64,000 nucleotides of DNA, taken from assembly GCA_964394085.1 (NCBI GenBank), contig CAYMWF010000020.1, positions 11,615-75,614 on the forward strand, read 5' to 3'. The notes beneath the pieces are model-generated. The model saw nothing but the letters and a program-made list of their open reading frames with translations, was not told where the DNA came from and did no database searches. This document shows, piece by piece, positions 19,364 to 29,492 of the stretch. The translations under genes and the position numbers were made by a program. Each line of letters starts with the position of its first letter. The first letter of the stretch is position 1. The stretch comes from an uncultured Gemmatimonadota bacterium (GTDB lineage Bacteria; GCA-2686955; CAYMWF01).

Positions 19364-20911
19364 CTACTTCATGAATCCGTATCGCTTCAATTTCTTGATG
19401 AGCCCCTGCCTGCTGAGGCCGAGCGCGGCCGCCGTGCGCGTCCGGTTGCCGCCGTGGTCGCGGAGTGCTTCCCGGATGAGTCTTTTTTCAAGCGCTTCCA
19501 CCCTCTCTTTCAAGCCATCCTCGTCCGGCAGCGGCGCGCCGCCCGCCGCGGAACGCCCGACCTCGCGGATTGCCTCCGAGAGATCACCCGCCCCGATCAC
19601 CCGCCGCCGGGTCAGAACCACGATCCGCTTGATCTCGTTTTCGAGCTCACGGACGTTACCGGGCCACCGGTAGCGCTTCAGGCAATGAAGCGCGTCGGGT
19701 GCGAACCGCTTCGGCTCGCGGTTCATTTCGCGGCAGTACCGGGCGAGAAAGTAAGCCGCGAGCATGGGAATGTCGTCCGGAATCTCCGTGAGGGAGGGCA
19801 CTGTAAGGTGAATCACCTTCAGGCGGTAGTAGAGATCCTCCCTGAACGCTCCTTCGGCGATCTCGCGTTCGAGGTTCTTGTTCGTGGCGGCGAGGACCCG
19901 CACGTCCACCAGAACCGACCCGCGTCCGCCGACACGTTCTATCACCCCTTCCTGGAGCGCTCGCAGTATCTTCGCCTGGGCGGTAAGGCTCAGGTCGCCT
20001 ATCTCATCGAGGAAAAGGGTGCCGGTGTCGGCTTCCTGGAACTTGCCGGGGCGCCGCTCCACCCCGGTGGCGACCCCCTTTTCGATGCCGAACAGCTCGC
20101 TCTCGAGGAGCGTATCGGGAAGGGCCGCGCAGTTCAGGGCCACCAGAGGATTACCCGCCCGCGGGGAGCCGTAGTGGATGGCGCGGGCGCACAGCTCCTT
20201 TCCCGTGCCGCTCTCGCCGGTGATGAGGACGTTCACGGAGCTGTCGCTGATCTGGTCGATGAGATCCCGCATGTGGCGAAGTTTCTCGCTGTTCCCGATG
20301 ATGTGTTTTGTCGAGAACCGCTCCTCGACCTCCCGGAGGAGCTGCAAATTCTGTACCTGGAGTCGATCCCGGTGCCACCGGAGCTCCTGGATATGCTGCG
20401 CCGTCTCGAAGGCGACCGCGGCCTGGGACGCGAGCGCCTTGAGGAGTTCCTCGTCGTCCGCGTCGAAAGGGCCGGCGTGCTTGTTCAGCACCTCGAAGGC
20501 GCCGATTATCTCGCCCCCGTGGTTCCGCATGGGCACGGCGAGCAGGCGCTCGGTCGTGTAGCCCATCACGGCGTCGATATCTCCGTAGAACCGCTCGTCC
20601 GACCGGGCGTCGGCCACATTTATCACTTCACCCGTCCTGATCACCGCGCCGGCGATCCCCTTGTCCGCGTCGAACCGGATCGGCTCGATGCCGATCGCCA
20701 CCTGGGACCAGAGCTCGTTCGCGTCCCGGTCGAGAAGGAAGATACTCGCCCGGTCAGCTTCCATGAGCGTCGCCGCCTCCCGCGCCACCAGGTCGAGCAG
20801 GGCGGCGAGGTCGTGCTCGGAGCTCATCATCTGGCATATACCGAGGAGCGACTGGAGCTTCTCGGACGTCTTGGACATGTCGTGCGTATCGCGGCCGTCA
20901 CGGTCGTTCAT
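19364..20911 (-). CDS. Sigma-54-dependent transcriptional activator with N-terminal GAF domain (Fis family)
   Basis: GAF domain, AAA+ sigma-54 interaction domain (GESGTGKE, GAFREDLYYRL) and a C-terminal Fis HTH. Confidence 0.9.
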   Translation of the reverse strand: MNDRDGRDTHDMSKTSEKLQSLLGICQMMSSEHDLAALLDLVAREAATLMEADRASIFLLDRDANELWSQVAIGIEPIRFDADKGIAGAVIRTGEVINVADARSDERFYGDIDAVMGYTTERLLAVPMRNHGGEIIGAFEVLNKHAGPFDADDEELLKALASQAAVAFETAQHIQELRWHRDRLQVQNLQLLREVEERFSTKHIIGNSEKLRHMRDLIDQISDSSVNVLITGESGTGKELCARAIHYGSPRAGNPLVALNCAALPDTLLESELFGIEKGVATGVERRPGKFQEADTGTLFLDEIGDLSLTAQAKILRALQEGVIERVGGRGSVLVDVRVLAATNKNLEREIAEGAFREDLYYRLKVIHLTVPSLTEIPDDIPMLAAYFLARYCREMNREPKRFAPDALHCLKRYRWPGNVRELENEIKRIVVLTRRRVIGAGDLSEAIREVGRSAAGGAPLPDEDGLKERVEALEKRLIREALRDHGGNRTRTAAALGLSRQGLIKKLKRYGFMK

Positions 20912-21030
20912 GCTACCAACTTTCCAAAGCCCGGATCGCCTCCCGCCGCTCCCTGTTCCGCCGTTCCGGGGTCGTTGCCGTTTTACTGATTCGAAATCTT
21001 ATTCTTTTTATAGCACATCGCCCGCCGCAT

Positions 21031-21069
21031 GTCAACAACGTTGACGGAACGGCCGGATCGGTGTCAACG
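21031..21069. promoter_or_regulatory. GTCAAC/GTTGAC hexamer cluster including the palindrome GTCAACAACGTTGAC, in a divergent promoter region
   Basis: The hexamer occurs four times between the sigma-54 activator start (20911, minus) and the beta-helix gene (21313, plus). Confidence 0.35.
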
Positions 21070-21312
21070 ATGGATACATCGCCGCTATCCCGAATGTTCA
21101 CGGCGCTTTCGAGTCCGCGGCCCCCACAGGGCGTCAACCAAGTTTACACCAATCGACCTGACGCTCCTTCGCCGGGACCGGTGCACGATCGGGAACCGCA
21201 TTTTTAATTCATTCCAATGCAACAAGTTACAAGCTTTCTCGTCATCTTTCTTTCTGCCTGAAACTCCGGTACAGCCCGTGCAATTACACCAGGACAGGCA
21301 AGGAGGAAAACG

Positions 21313-22824
21313 ATGAGAAACAGAACGGAAAAACGAGGCGAAGAAGGAAGGATACAGAAAGGGCGCCGGCGTTTCGAGCCGGGGGCAGGAACCAAAGCAG
21401 TGCGCTGCGCCGCAGCGGTATTCGCACTTTTCACACTCGTGTCGAGCGCGTCGGCCGCTTACACGATATCGTTCGATGAACAGTGGACACCAACCGGTTC
21501 TCCGTACGAATTCACCGAGCATGTCGTAGTCGAGGAAGGCGCGACGCTGACGATTACCCCTGGCACGGTCGTCCGCTTCGGCCGCTCCAATCCCGACCGG
21601 CGCGGCGAAACACCCGGCTGCCGGCTCATGGTGCGGGGCACTCTCGTGGCGGCGGGATCGCCGGGCGCGCCGGTTATTTTCGAAGGGCTGGACGGCGAGA
21701 CGGACGATTGGGGCGGTATCCTGTTCACCGACACCTCCGGGGATGCACGCTTCGACGGGAAGGGTCGGTACCTGGGCGGTTCGGTCATTGCGTATGCCGC
21801 CATCAGGCACGCCGGAAACTCGGCCGTCTTCGCTGAACACGCGTCACCCTACCTCCACGAGGTTCTGTTCGAAGGGAACGAGGCCCTTTACGACAAGGGC
21901 GAGGAGATCGTAGTGGATCCGAGCCAGCTGCCGGACGAGCGGATCATGGGCGGCGCGGTATACTTCTACCGGCCCGACAGCCCGGTCGGCGTGGTGCGGT
22001 GCTCGTTTTCGGGCAACGCCTCCGCCCACGTGGGCGGCGCCCTCGCCCTGGTCGAGAGCTACGGACTGCCCGCTTACGTGGTCGGCTGCAGCTTCAACGG
22101 GAACGCTACCGGCGCCAAGGGAGGCGGCGCGGTGCGGCTCCTCGGAGCATCGCCGCGGTTCATCGACTGCATATTCGACGTGAACGATGCCGAACGGGGC
22201 GGCGCGATCCACGCCTCCTACGACGCGAACTTGACCCTCTCCGGCTGCACCTTCACGGCGAACCGGGCGGCCCGCATGGGCGGCGCCCTCTTCATCGCGC
22301 ACGAGTCGCACGCGGCGGTTACGGACTGCACATTCGAAGACAACGAGGTGGATGCCGGGTCCGACATGGGCGGCGGCGCCATCAGCATCCACTCTAACGG
22401 ATCCGCGGAGCTCGAAGCATGCTCCTTCACCGGGAACATCGCCCCCGAGGCGGGCGCCCTGCTCCTCACCCACAAGAAGATGCTCGATTCCTTTCCCGTG
22501 CGCGCGGCGTGCTGCAGCTTCTCCGGAAACATCGCCCTCACCGAGGGAGCGCCCCACGCCATCGAGGCGATTGACTGGAACCACATCGAGATCGAGGAGT
22601 GCACCTTTGCGAACGCCGCGGGGAGCGGTATCGAGGTGCTCGTCGGCGTCGGCGTCTTCGAGGAACGCACCGACCACGCCGCCGACTTCAGCGGCAACTA
22701 CTGGGAGTTCGGATCCTCGGAAGACCTGGTCGCCACGGTCTCCTGGGAGCAAGGCCTCGACGAACCCGAGATAATCACAGGTGACAACCTCGGCGAACCC
22801 GCCGCCTGCGCGGCCGGAGTTTGA
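21313..22824 (+). CDS. Secreted right-handed parallel beta-helix repeat protein (paralog 3, different N-terminal cap)
   Basis: Signal peptide AVFALFTLVSSASA, then PYEFTEHVVVEEGATLTITPGTVVRF and repeated GGA-containing rungs. The start codon is uncertain. Confidence 0.65.
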   Translation: MRNRTEKRGEEGRIQKGRRRFEPGAGTKAVRCAAAVFALFTLVSSASAAYTISFDEQWTPTGSPYEFTEHVVVEEGATLTITPGTVVRFGRSNPDRRGETPGCRLMVRGTLVAAGSPGAPVIFEGLDGETDDWGGILFTDTSGDARFDGKGRYLGGSVIAYAAIRHAGNSAVFAEHASPYLHEVLFEGNEALYDKGEEIVVDPSQLPDERIMGGAVYFYRPDSPVGVVRCSFSGNASAHVGGALALVESYGLPAYVVGCSFNGNATGAKGGGAVRLLGASPRFIDCIFDVNDAERGGAIHASYDANLTLSGCTFTANRAARMGGALFIAHESHAAVTDCTFEDNEVDAGSDMGGGAISIHSNGSAELEACSFTGNIAPEAGALLLTHKKMLDSFPVRAACCSFSGNIALTEGAPHAIEAIDWNHIEIEECTFANAAGSGIEVLVGVGVFEERTDHAADFSGNYWEFGSSEDLVATVSWEQGLDEPEIITGDNLGEPAACAAGV

Positions 22825-22863
22825 AAAGTGACCCGGAATAATCCACCCAGACGGAATCCGCTG

Positions 22864-23016
22864 AGATTTTCTTCACGCGAAGAATCGGCTTCAGAGACGC
22901 CCGGAAATCCGGGGCCGCCGGAACCGGGAAATCGAACCCGGATTTTCTCCACGTGGGGAAGCGGCGGCGGAGACGGCGGGAAATCTGAGTCGGGATTTTC
23001 TTCATGTGAAGAATCA
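22864..23016. repeat. Three spaced copies of the TTCTYCA-CGTG-GAAGAA palindromic motif (22867-22885, 22945-22962, 22997-23015)
   Basis: Direct reading. They lie between two beta-helix genes. The ORF 22828..23121 covering them is judged spurious. Confidence 0.6.
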
Positions 23017-23150
23017 AGTGAGGAATCAAATGAACCGATTCCGGGAATCCGTATCGGAACCGAAAAGTCAGCTTGTTTCAAGTTTGCCTGTCGCACAACT
23101 CGCTGCTATACTTTCAAGTGAATCAAGGAAACCCCTGACAAGGAGCCGCA

Positions 23151-24503
23151 ATGTCTCCTAAAAACACTCAGCCTGTTGCCGCGATCTGTTTCACACTTAT
23201 TCTTTCATCATCAATGTTGTTCGCCGCAACCATCCGCTTACCCTCGGAGGAACCGACCATTCAAGCCGGTATCGACGCCTCGGTAGATGGTGACACGGTG
23301 CTCGTGGCCGACGGAATGTACACCGGCTACGGAAACAAGAACCTCGAATACGGGGGCAAGGCGATAACCGTTGTTTCAGAGAACGGACCTGAATACACCG
23401 TCATCGACTGCGAAAACAGTGGCAGGGGATTTTACTTCAGCAATTATGAAGGCCAAAACTCCAGGTTGGGTGGATTCACAATCCGAAACGGCCGGGTCGA
23501 TGGCGACGGCGGTGGAATCTATTGCTACGCCGCTTCCCCAACCATGACGGACTGCACCATAACCAACTGTAGTACTCAAGGTTTATATGTGAAAGAGGGT
23601 GGTGGGATTTCCTGCAAATCCTGGTCCTCCCCCACCATCGTGAACTGCGCAATATCCCAGAATTACGCCAACTGGGCCGGCGGCGGGATTTCTTGCCGTA
23701 GCGAATCCTCCCCCACCATTGTGAACTGCCCGATCACAGGGAACGTGGGCGCAGCTGGCGGCGGCGGGATCTCTTGCAATAGTGAATCCTCCCCCACCAT
23801 CACAAACTGTACGATTTCTGGGAATAGGGCTGAGTCCCTTGGCGGCGGGATCGATTGCCTTAACAGATCCTCCCCCACCATCTTGAACTGCATCATAACC
23901 GGGAATGTGGCCGATTTCTATGGCCACGCATTAGGCGGCGGAATCCATTGCAGCTCCTCAACGACCATCTTGAACTGCATCATAACCGGGAATGTGGTCG
24001 ATGAATGGGGCGGCGGAATCTACTGCAGCTCCTCAACGACCATCTTGAACTGCATCATAGCCGGGAATATGGCCGATGAAGGGGGCGGCGGTATCTATTG
24101 CAGCTCCTCAACGACCATCTTGAACTGCACCATAACAGGGAATGTTGTCGGCTCCCCTTTCCGTGGTGGAGGAATATATGGCTCCCCCACGGTTAAGAAT
24201 TGCATTCTCTGGGATGATTCTCCCGACGAAATCTATGGATCTCCTACCATCATCTATTCTGATATTCAGGGAGGTTGGCCCGGAGAAGGTAATATTGATG
24301 ATGATCCAATTTTCACACTCAAATCCTGGTTCGGATTCGATTATGGCCTGCGGACCGATTCACCATGCATCGACGCCGGCGATCCCGCCATTGAAGACGA
24401 GATATATGACTGGCATCCATTCTGCCCGGATTGGTATGTCAACGGAGTCCGTTCCGACATGGGAGCGTACGGCGGGCCGGGGAATATCGACTGGTTAAGG
24501 TAA
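23151..24503 (+). CDS. Secreted right-handed parallel beta-helix repeat protein (paralog 4)
   Basis: Signal peptide then AATIRLPSEEPTIQAGIDASVDGDTVLVADGMYTGYGNKNLEY. Rungs of the GGGISC/GGGIYC type. C-terminal VRSDMGAYGGPGNIDW. Confidence 0.8.
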   Translation: MSPKNTQPVAAICFTLILSSSMLFAATIRLPSEEPTIQAGIDASVDGDTVLVADGMYTGYGNKNLEYGGKAITVVSENGPEYTVIDCENSGRGFYFSNYEGQNSRLGGFTIRNGRVDGDGGGIYCYAASPTMTDCTITNCSTQGLYVKEGGGISCKSWSSPTIVNCAISQNYANWAGGGISCRSESSPTIVNCPITGNVGAAGGGGISCNSESSPTITNCTISGNRAESLGGGIDCLNRSSPTILNCIITGNVADFYGHALGGGIHCSSSTTILNCIITGNVVDEWGGGIYCSSSTTILNCIIAGNMADEGGGGIYCSSSTTILNCTITGNVVGSPFRGGGIYGSPTVKNCILWDDSPDEIYGSPTIIYSDIQGGWPGEGNIDDDPIFTLKSWFGFDYGLRTDSPCIDAGDPAIEDEIYDWHPFCPDWYVNGVRSDMGAYGGPGNIDWLR

Positions 24504-24576
24504 TCGGAGGTCGCGGTGGATTGGATGGTTCAACATTGGGACACTACTGATGAAAAGTTAAAAAAGGAGGTGCGCT

Positions 24577-26589
24577 GTGTTTAATGGGAGATATTCTAAC
24601 AGAAGAGGCAAAGGGAATAGAGGCGGCACATCCGGATTCTCAATTTATAATCTTATCAGAGGATGTTTTTTGTATCTCTTCACTTCGTTATTCATCATAG
24701 AGCTCATAACCTGCACGGTTGCATATTCTTCGGTTCTCCCATATGAGATAGATGAAGAATATTGGGGAAAAATCACTGTTAATCCCTCATCTTGCCATGC
24801 TGGAGAAGAAGGAAAAACGTGGACGATAACATATACTGCAGGTCCAAGGGGCTTTTGGAATTGGAACCAGCTTAAAGTGGCAATTTGGAAGGCAGGGCTG
24901 GAGGGCTTTCTAAGCGAGAACTTTCCATACTTCTCCCCTCCACAAATGTCCGATCCATATGGGAGGGGATATGTTACTTTATCCTCTAATGCAGTGGGTT
25001 GGATAGAAAACGAGAATCAGTGCGGTAACATATTTGTTCAACCGATTGAGAATCTGTTTGAAGGGGATTCGCTGACTATCATATATGGTGATACCTCAGC
25101 AGGGGGTGAAGGAGCCTATGCTCCTTTTGCCGCGTATGAAGATTGCATGACATTTGAGATAATAAATAATAAAGAAAAAATGGCTCTGTCTTGTCACACA
25201 GAAGTCCTCCCTCAGGATGGTTCAATTCTGGAACCAAGTGCTCCAACAACAGTGAAAAAGAGTGATACCTTTGAACTCAAGGTTATTGTGTTCGATAAAT
25301 ATTTCAATGTTGACCCCTCATATGTGGTTCAACCTGATGATTGGAACTTGAATTCGGATATAGATTTTAGTTATAAATTAGTTTCCTCCTCAGGTGGATG
25401 TTACATCTTCGAAGTTACGATAGAAGAGACCGGCGTTTGCTGTATCGAGGTTTCTGATGGGATTCTTCTTGGGACCAGCAATCCAATACATGTCTCTAAC
25501 GAAGACGGTTATGTAATATACTGGGGGGATATCCATGGCCACACAACTATGAGTGACGGCCTTCTTCACCCTTCCAGCTATCTCATGTATGCACGAGACT
25601 TTTGTGATCTGGATTTCGCTGCGATCACAGATCACGATAAACTGTTAACAGGATGCGGGTGGGACACGGTTCGGTCAAATATAGAAAGCTATAATGATCC
25701 AGGAAACTTTGTGACCTTTCTTGGATACGAATGGACCTCAAACGTCTGGAATCATAAGATAGTATGGTATAAGGATAAATACGATGAAGTTACTGTTTTC
25801 ACCAGCAGATCGTCAGAATACCCCTGGAGAGAAGCTTTCGATCCGGCAGAGCTGGAAGATTGCTTAGAGGAACTTAACAATTTCAATGGGGCGCAAGCAG
25901 TTGTTGCTTCTCACCACGTGAACCATGGAAATGCTCCGGATTGGGGAATTGATATCAGTGATTCCCTTCAGCGTCTCGTTGAAATATATTCTATTCTTGG
26001 TAGTTCTGAAGCAACGGCGGATTCAACCTGGAGAATGTATGGAAGGGGAAGCTATGATGTGCAATGGGGATTGGGAGTTCCTTATATGGTTGGGATATAT
26101 GGCAGCGGTGATACTCATGGTGGTCATCCAGGAAAAGGATATGGTATTCAAAAAAGAGAAGATGCAGCCACTTCAAAAAATCCGGCCGGTCTTGTCGCAG
26201 CTATTGTGAACTCAGATGAAGGTCTCACCCGGGAGAGTCTATGGGATGCATTGTGGAACAGAAGGATTTACGCCACAAGCGGAGAGAGGATTCTGGTGGA
26301 TTTCCGAATTGATGGAAAACTGCCTGGAGAAACAGTGAGAACATCGGAACTTCCCGTAATAGAAATGAATGTCGCCGCGCGGCAGGATCTCGAATGCATA
26401 GAACTCATAAGAAATGGAACAGTAATTTTTTATGAACAACCGCCTGGAAGGGCATTCTCAACGAGTTTTGTGGATGAGACATTTTTTCGCCCCTCCTACT
26501 ATTATTTGCGTGCGACACAGAAGTCAACGGTTGAAAACGAGGGAATCGAGAAAGCCTGGACAAGTCCTATATGGGTGGAACCTCAGTGA
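24577..26589 (+). CDS. DUF3604-like protein with PHP-type metal-dependent phosphoesterase motifs, N-terminal TM helix; low-GC gene
   Basis: YWGDIHGHTTMSDG ... AAITDHD (HxH...D PHP-like). Size about 670 aa. GC is clearly lower than the flanks from 24.5 to 26.9 kb. Confidence 0.55.
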   Translation: MFNGRYSNRRGKGNRGGTSGFSIYNLIRGCFLYLFTSLFIIELITCTVAYSSVLPYEIDEEYWGKITVNPSSCHAGEEGKTWTITYTAGPRGFWNWNQLKVAIWKAGLEGFLSENFPYFSPPQMSDPYGRGYVTLSSNAVGWIENENQCGNIFVQPIENLFEGDSLTIIYGDTSAGGEGAYAPFAAYEDCMTFEIINNKEKMALSCHTEVLPQDGSILEPSAPTTVKKSDTFELKVIVFDKYFNVDPSYVVQPDDWNLNSDIDFSYKLVSSSGGCYIFEVTIEETGVCCIEVSDGILLGTSNPIHVSNEDGYVIYWGDIHGHTTMSDGLLHPSSYLMYARDFCDLDFAAITDHDKLLTGCGWDTVRSNIESYNDPGNFVTFLGYEWTSNVWNHKIVWYKDKYDEVTVFTSRSSEYPWREAFDPAELEDCLEELNNFNGAQAVVASHHVNHGNAPDWGIDISDSLQRLVEIYSILGSSEATADSTWRMYGRGSYDVQWGLGVPYMVGIYGSGDTHGGHPGKGYGIQKREDAATSKNPAGLVAAIVNSDEGLTRESLWDALWNRRIYATSGERILVDFRIDGKLPGETVRTSELPVIEMNVAARQDLECIELIRNGTVIFYEQPPGRAFSTSFVDETFFRPSYYYLRATQKSTVENEGIEKAWTSPIWVEPQ

Positions 26590-26959
26590 GCAATATTGTG
26601 ATTTACCCAGGTCGCGTCATTTTTCTGGTATGTAAATACTCCTTTAATTTTCGTGCTTGAATTCTTTCTTTGACAGAATCTTCATTCCCTTCAATTTCAT
26701 TTGACCGGGAGTATCATTCATATATCTGCACTACTGTCCCATTGTTAGTCAAACAATTTCAACTGTTTACATAATGCATCCTCTTCAGAGGTGTAATCTG
26801 TAGGAGTATCCCCATCCATCAAAAGATTCGGCTTATTTAACCCGTCAGCATCCCAAGAATATTCCCACCGGTTTCCCAATGATATTCCTATCAGTTTCCC
26901 AGGGATGCCCTCATCAGCACCTCGGAACCCGGCCCGGCAGGAGATCGAGTTCGAAACCG

Positions 26960-28750
26960 TCAGCGTCTCAGGATGCGCCCCGGAAGAGGGTCAGGTTCGA
27001 AGCCGTCCGGGTCGAGGAGCTTCTTCCCGTTGATGAACACGTATTCGATCCCTTCGGGGTGGTGACGGGGATCCTGAAACGTGGTCCGGGTTCGGATACG
27101 ATCCGGGTTGAAGACCACGAGATCCGCGAAGCATCCGTGGTCGATGCGGCCGCGGTTCCGGAGGCCGGCCTGTTCGGCGGGGAGGAGCGTCATCTTCCTC
27201 ACCGCTTCTTCGAGGCTGATGGCGCGGCGCCGTGTCACGAACTCCTCTATGTAGCCGGGATAGCAGTCGTAAAAGAGGTGGGACGGCCGGCCGAAACCGA
27301 GGAGAATCGTGTCGGTGACTATGGAGGCGCCGGGGTCGAGCAGCGGAGCGTTGATCAGATCGAGGGCGAGCTTGTCGTCGGGGTCGGACATCCCTCCGAA
27401 TACGAGGACCCGCCCCTCCTCCTCGAGCAGCAGATCGCAGGCTGCGTCGAGCGGGTCGGAGGCGCGTTCGCAGGCCAGGGCCGTGAGGGAAGCGCCTTCG
27501 TATTTACTGTTGCGGTCGCTCGCCACGGACATGATGCGGAGAGCGTCCCAGCCGAGCATCCTGACGAGGTTGAGAGACCAGTCGTCTCCGTGGTGGGGCC
27601 AGCGCGCCCTCCTGCCGCTGAAACTCCGTCGCAGCCGCTCCCTCACCCGCGGATCGGACAGGCGGCGGAGCACCTTCGCTGAACCGCCCTCGAGCAGCCA
27701 CGGCGGAAAGAAGGCGAGAAGGTGGGTGAAGCCGGTGGTGGTCGGCAAAACGTCGGCGCCTGCAGCGACCCTGCCCTTCTCCCGAAGCCGTTCGAGCCTC
27801 GAGAGAACCCTCCGCAGCGGAAGATCTATCGGGAGCCTGGTTCCGGTGCTCCGCCTCCATGCGGAAAGCGCCGCCGTAAGAGGCTTCGAGAGGAACGCCG
27901 CTCTCCCGAGGTCGGGCACCCAGAGGAGATGGGAGAGCTGAACGCGGACGCCGGTCCGTTCCGCGATCCCAATCGCCTCGTCCGCCGCCCTTCCCACCCC
28001 GTCGGTATAGCTTCGGAGGTGGAGGGCAAGGTATCCTCCCGCCCGGGCGACCGCTGCGGCGAGTTCCTCGATCTCATCGGTGGACGCCTGCAGCCCCGGA
28101 AAGTATTGAAGACCGCACGACATCCCGAACGCCCCCTGCTCGAGGCAGGTTTCGAGGTTCGAGCGCATCTTCCGCCGCGCATCCGCGCCGGGCGTCCCGG
28201 TGGAAAGACCCATGGCGTCGATCCTGAGGAGGGCGTGGGGCGCGAGCAGGGCGGCGTTGAGGAGGGTGCCCCGGCCCTCGAGAAAGGAGCAGAAGGAGTC
28301 GAAATCGTCCCATCCCGCGATATCCTCCTCCTCCCGTGAAGTGAAGGTGCGGATATACTCCGAAATGAGGTCTGCGTTCGGTCCTCCGGACGGCGCCATC
28401 GACATGCCGCAGTTTCCGCCAACGAAAGTGGTGATGCCCTGGCGCACGAGCGGCTCCAGGATACGGACGTGATCGGGATCGTAGATGCTCATTTCCGCGT
28501 GGGAATGGATATCGATGAAACCGGGGCAGGCGCAGCTCCCGTTCATATCGATTACCGAAACAGAGTCCGAGCCGTCGCTTCCAGCAGGCCCGGAGCTTGC
28601 CGGTCGATCGCCGGTCGCGGCCCGGCCGAACCGGGTTCCGGCACCGTTCAGCACGAAACGATCCCCCGCGATTCCGATGTCTCCGAGCCGGCTTTTACCG
28701 CCGGTGCCGTCGATAATCCGGCAGTTTTTCAGGAGGTAATCGAGTTTCAT
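26960..28750 (-). CDS. N-acyl-D-amino-acid deacylase (D-aminoacylase), amidohydrolase superfamily
   Basis: N-terminal KNCRIIDGTGG...IGIAGDRF and metal-binding PGFIDIHSHAE. The layout matches D-aminoacylases. Confidence 0.85.
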   Translation of the reverse strand: MKLDYLLKNCRIIDGTGGKSRLGDIGIAGDRFVLNGAGTRFGRAATGDRPASSGPAGSDGSDSVSVIDMNGSCACPGFIDIHSHAEMSIYDPDHVRILEPLVRQGITTFVGGNCGMSMAPSGGPNADLISEYIRTFTSREEEDIAGWDDFDSFCSFLEGRGTLLNAALLAPHALLRIDAMGLSTGTPGADARRKMRSNLETCLEQGAFGMSCGLQYFPGLQASTDEIEELAAAVARAGGYLALHLRSYTDGVGRAADEAIGIAERTGVRVQLSHLLWVPDLGRAAFLSKPLTAALSAWRRSTGTRLPIDLPLRRVLSRLERLREKGRVAAGADVLPTTTGFTHLLAFFPPWLLEGGSAKVLRRLSDPRVRERLRRSFSGRRARWPHHGDDWSLNLVRMLGWDALRIMSVASDRNSKYEGASLTALACERASDPLDAACDLLLEEEGRVLVFGGMSDPDDKLALDLINAPLLDPGASIVTDTILLGFGRPSHLFYDCYPGYIEEFVTRRRAISLEEAVRKMTLLPAEQAGLRNRGRIDHGCFADLVVFNPDRIRTRTTFQDPRHHPEGIEYVFINGKKLLDPDGFEPDPLPGRILRR

Positions 28751-29190
28751 GCGGAATCTCCTTCCGCCATTCGCTGCCCGATTCGGGCCACCAGTTCGAG
28801 GAACCGCTCCCTGTCGGTGTCTTCGATCAACGCCAGAAGCCCGGCGGACACGTCCAGGAAGAGTTTTTTATACCGCGCCAGGACTTCCTCGCCCTTCGGA
28901 GCCAGCCGAACCTCCACCGCTCTCCTGTCGTTCGGTGCGGGAAGCCGTTCGAGCATCCCGTCGCGCACCATCCGGTCAGCCACCCAGCTGACCGTGCTGA
29001 GGGGCAGCTCCAGGGTTCCGGCGAGCTCGCCGATGCGGCGCGCGCCGAGCCTGTCGAGCCGGATGAGAATAGCCAGCTCCTTGGGATTCACGTCGAGCTG
29101 CGTATCCCGGTAAAGCTCGAGCCTGTTGTAGACGGCTTCGATCACCCCGGCAAGCAGCTCCGGACCCTGTCGCGCCTCTGTTTCATGCAT
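28747..29190 (-). CDS. MarR family transcriptional regulator
   Basis: Winged-HTH MarR core (LAILIRLDRLGARRIGELAGTLELPLSTVSWVADRMVRDGMLER). Start taken at MHETEAR. The stop overlaps the downstream D-aminoacylase start. Confidence 0.85.
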   Translation of the reverse strand: MHETEARQGPELLAGVIEAVYNRLELYRDTQLDVNPKELAILIRLDRLGARRIGELAGTLELPLSTVSWVADRMVRDGMLERLPAPNDRRAVEVRLAPKGEEVLARYKKLFLDVSAGLLALIEDTDRERFLELVARIGQRMAEGDSA

Positions 29191-29313
29191 CCCAATCCTC
29201 CAATCATTGGATATTATAATTATTATATTATCCAATCTTTGGAATAAATCAAGAGAAAATAACAATTTCTTGCGTTTCGAGCCGCAGCGCAAAGCGCCTA
29301 TTCAAAGACAACT

Positions 29314-29331
29314 TTTCTTCACGTGGAGAAA
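29314..29331. promoter_or_regulatory. TTTCTTCACGTGGAGAAA (one mismatch to the perfect palindrome)
   Basis: Between the 3' end of the minus-strand beta-helix gene (29493) and the MarR start (29190). Confidence 0.5.
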
Positions 29332-29492
29332 GCCCGGCGTCCGGCAAAAAGTAGCAACCTCAACACCCGCACAGGGTCTGGTAGATCCGCCCAGCAACTG
29401 AAAAATCAGGTCACCTCAACACCCGCACAGGGTCAGTAGACCCGCCCGTCATCCGAAAAAATCGTTCCATGGGATCCGAGTTCTTTGAAATT

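Noticed and set aside
22828-23121. 97-aa ORF in the intergenic region between two beta-helix genes
   Set aside because: Its sequence is simply the translation of the three palindromic motif copies (ARFSSREES.../RIFSTWGSGG/SGFSSCEES). There is no RBS and no protein-like composition.
20912-23150. Sigma-54 (-24/-12) promoters upstream of the beta-helix genes adjacent to the sigma-54 activator
   Set aside because: I could not find any GG-N10-GC element with acceptable spacing by eye. A PWM scan is needed before asserting one.
26590-26959. Possible small gene or tRNA in the AT-rich 370-bp spacer after the DUF3604 gene
   Set aside because: There is no cloverleaf-compatible sequence and no ORF with a start and RBS. 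It looks like eroded remnant DNA from the acquired island.
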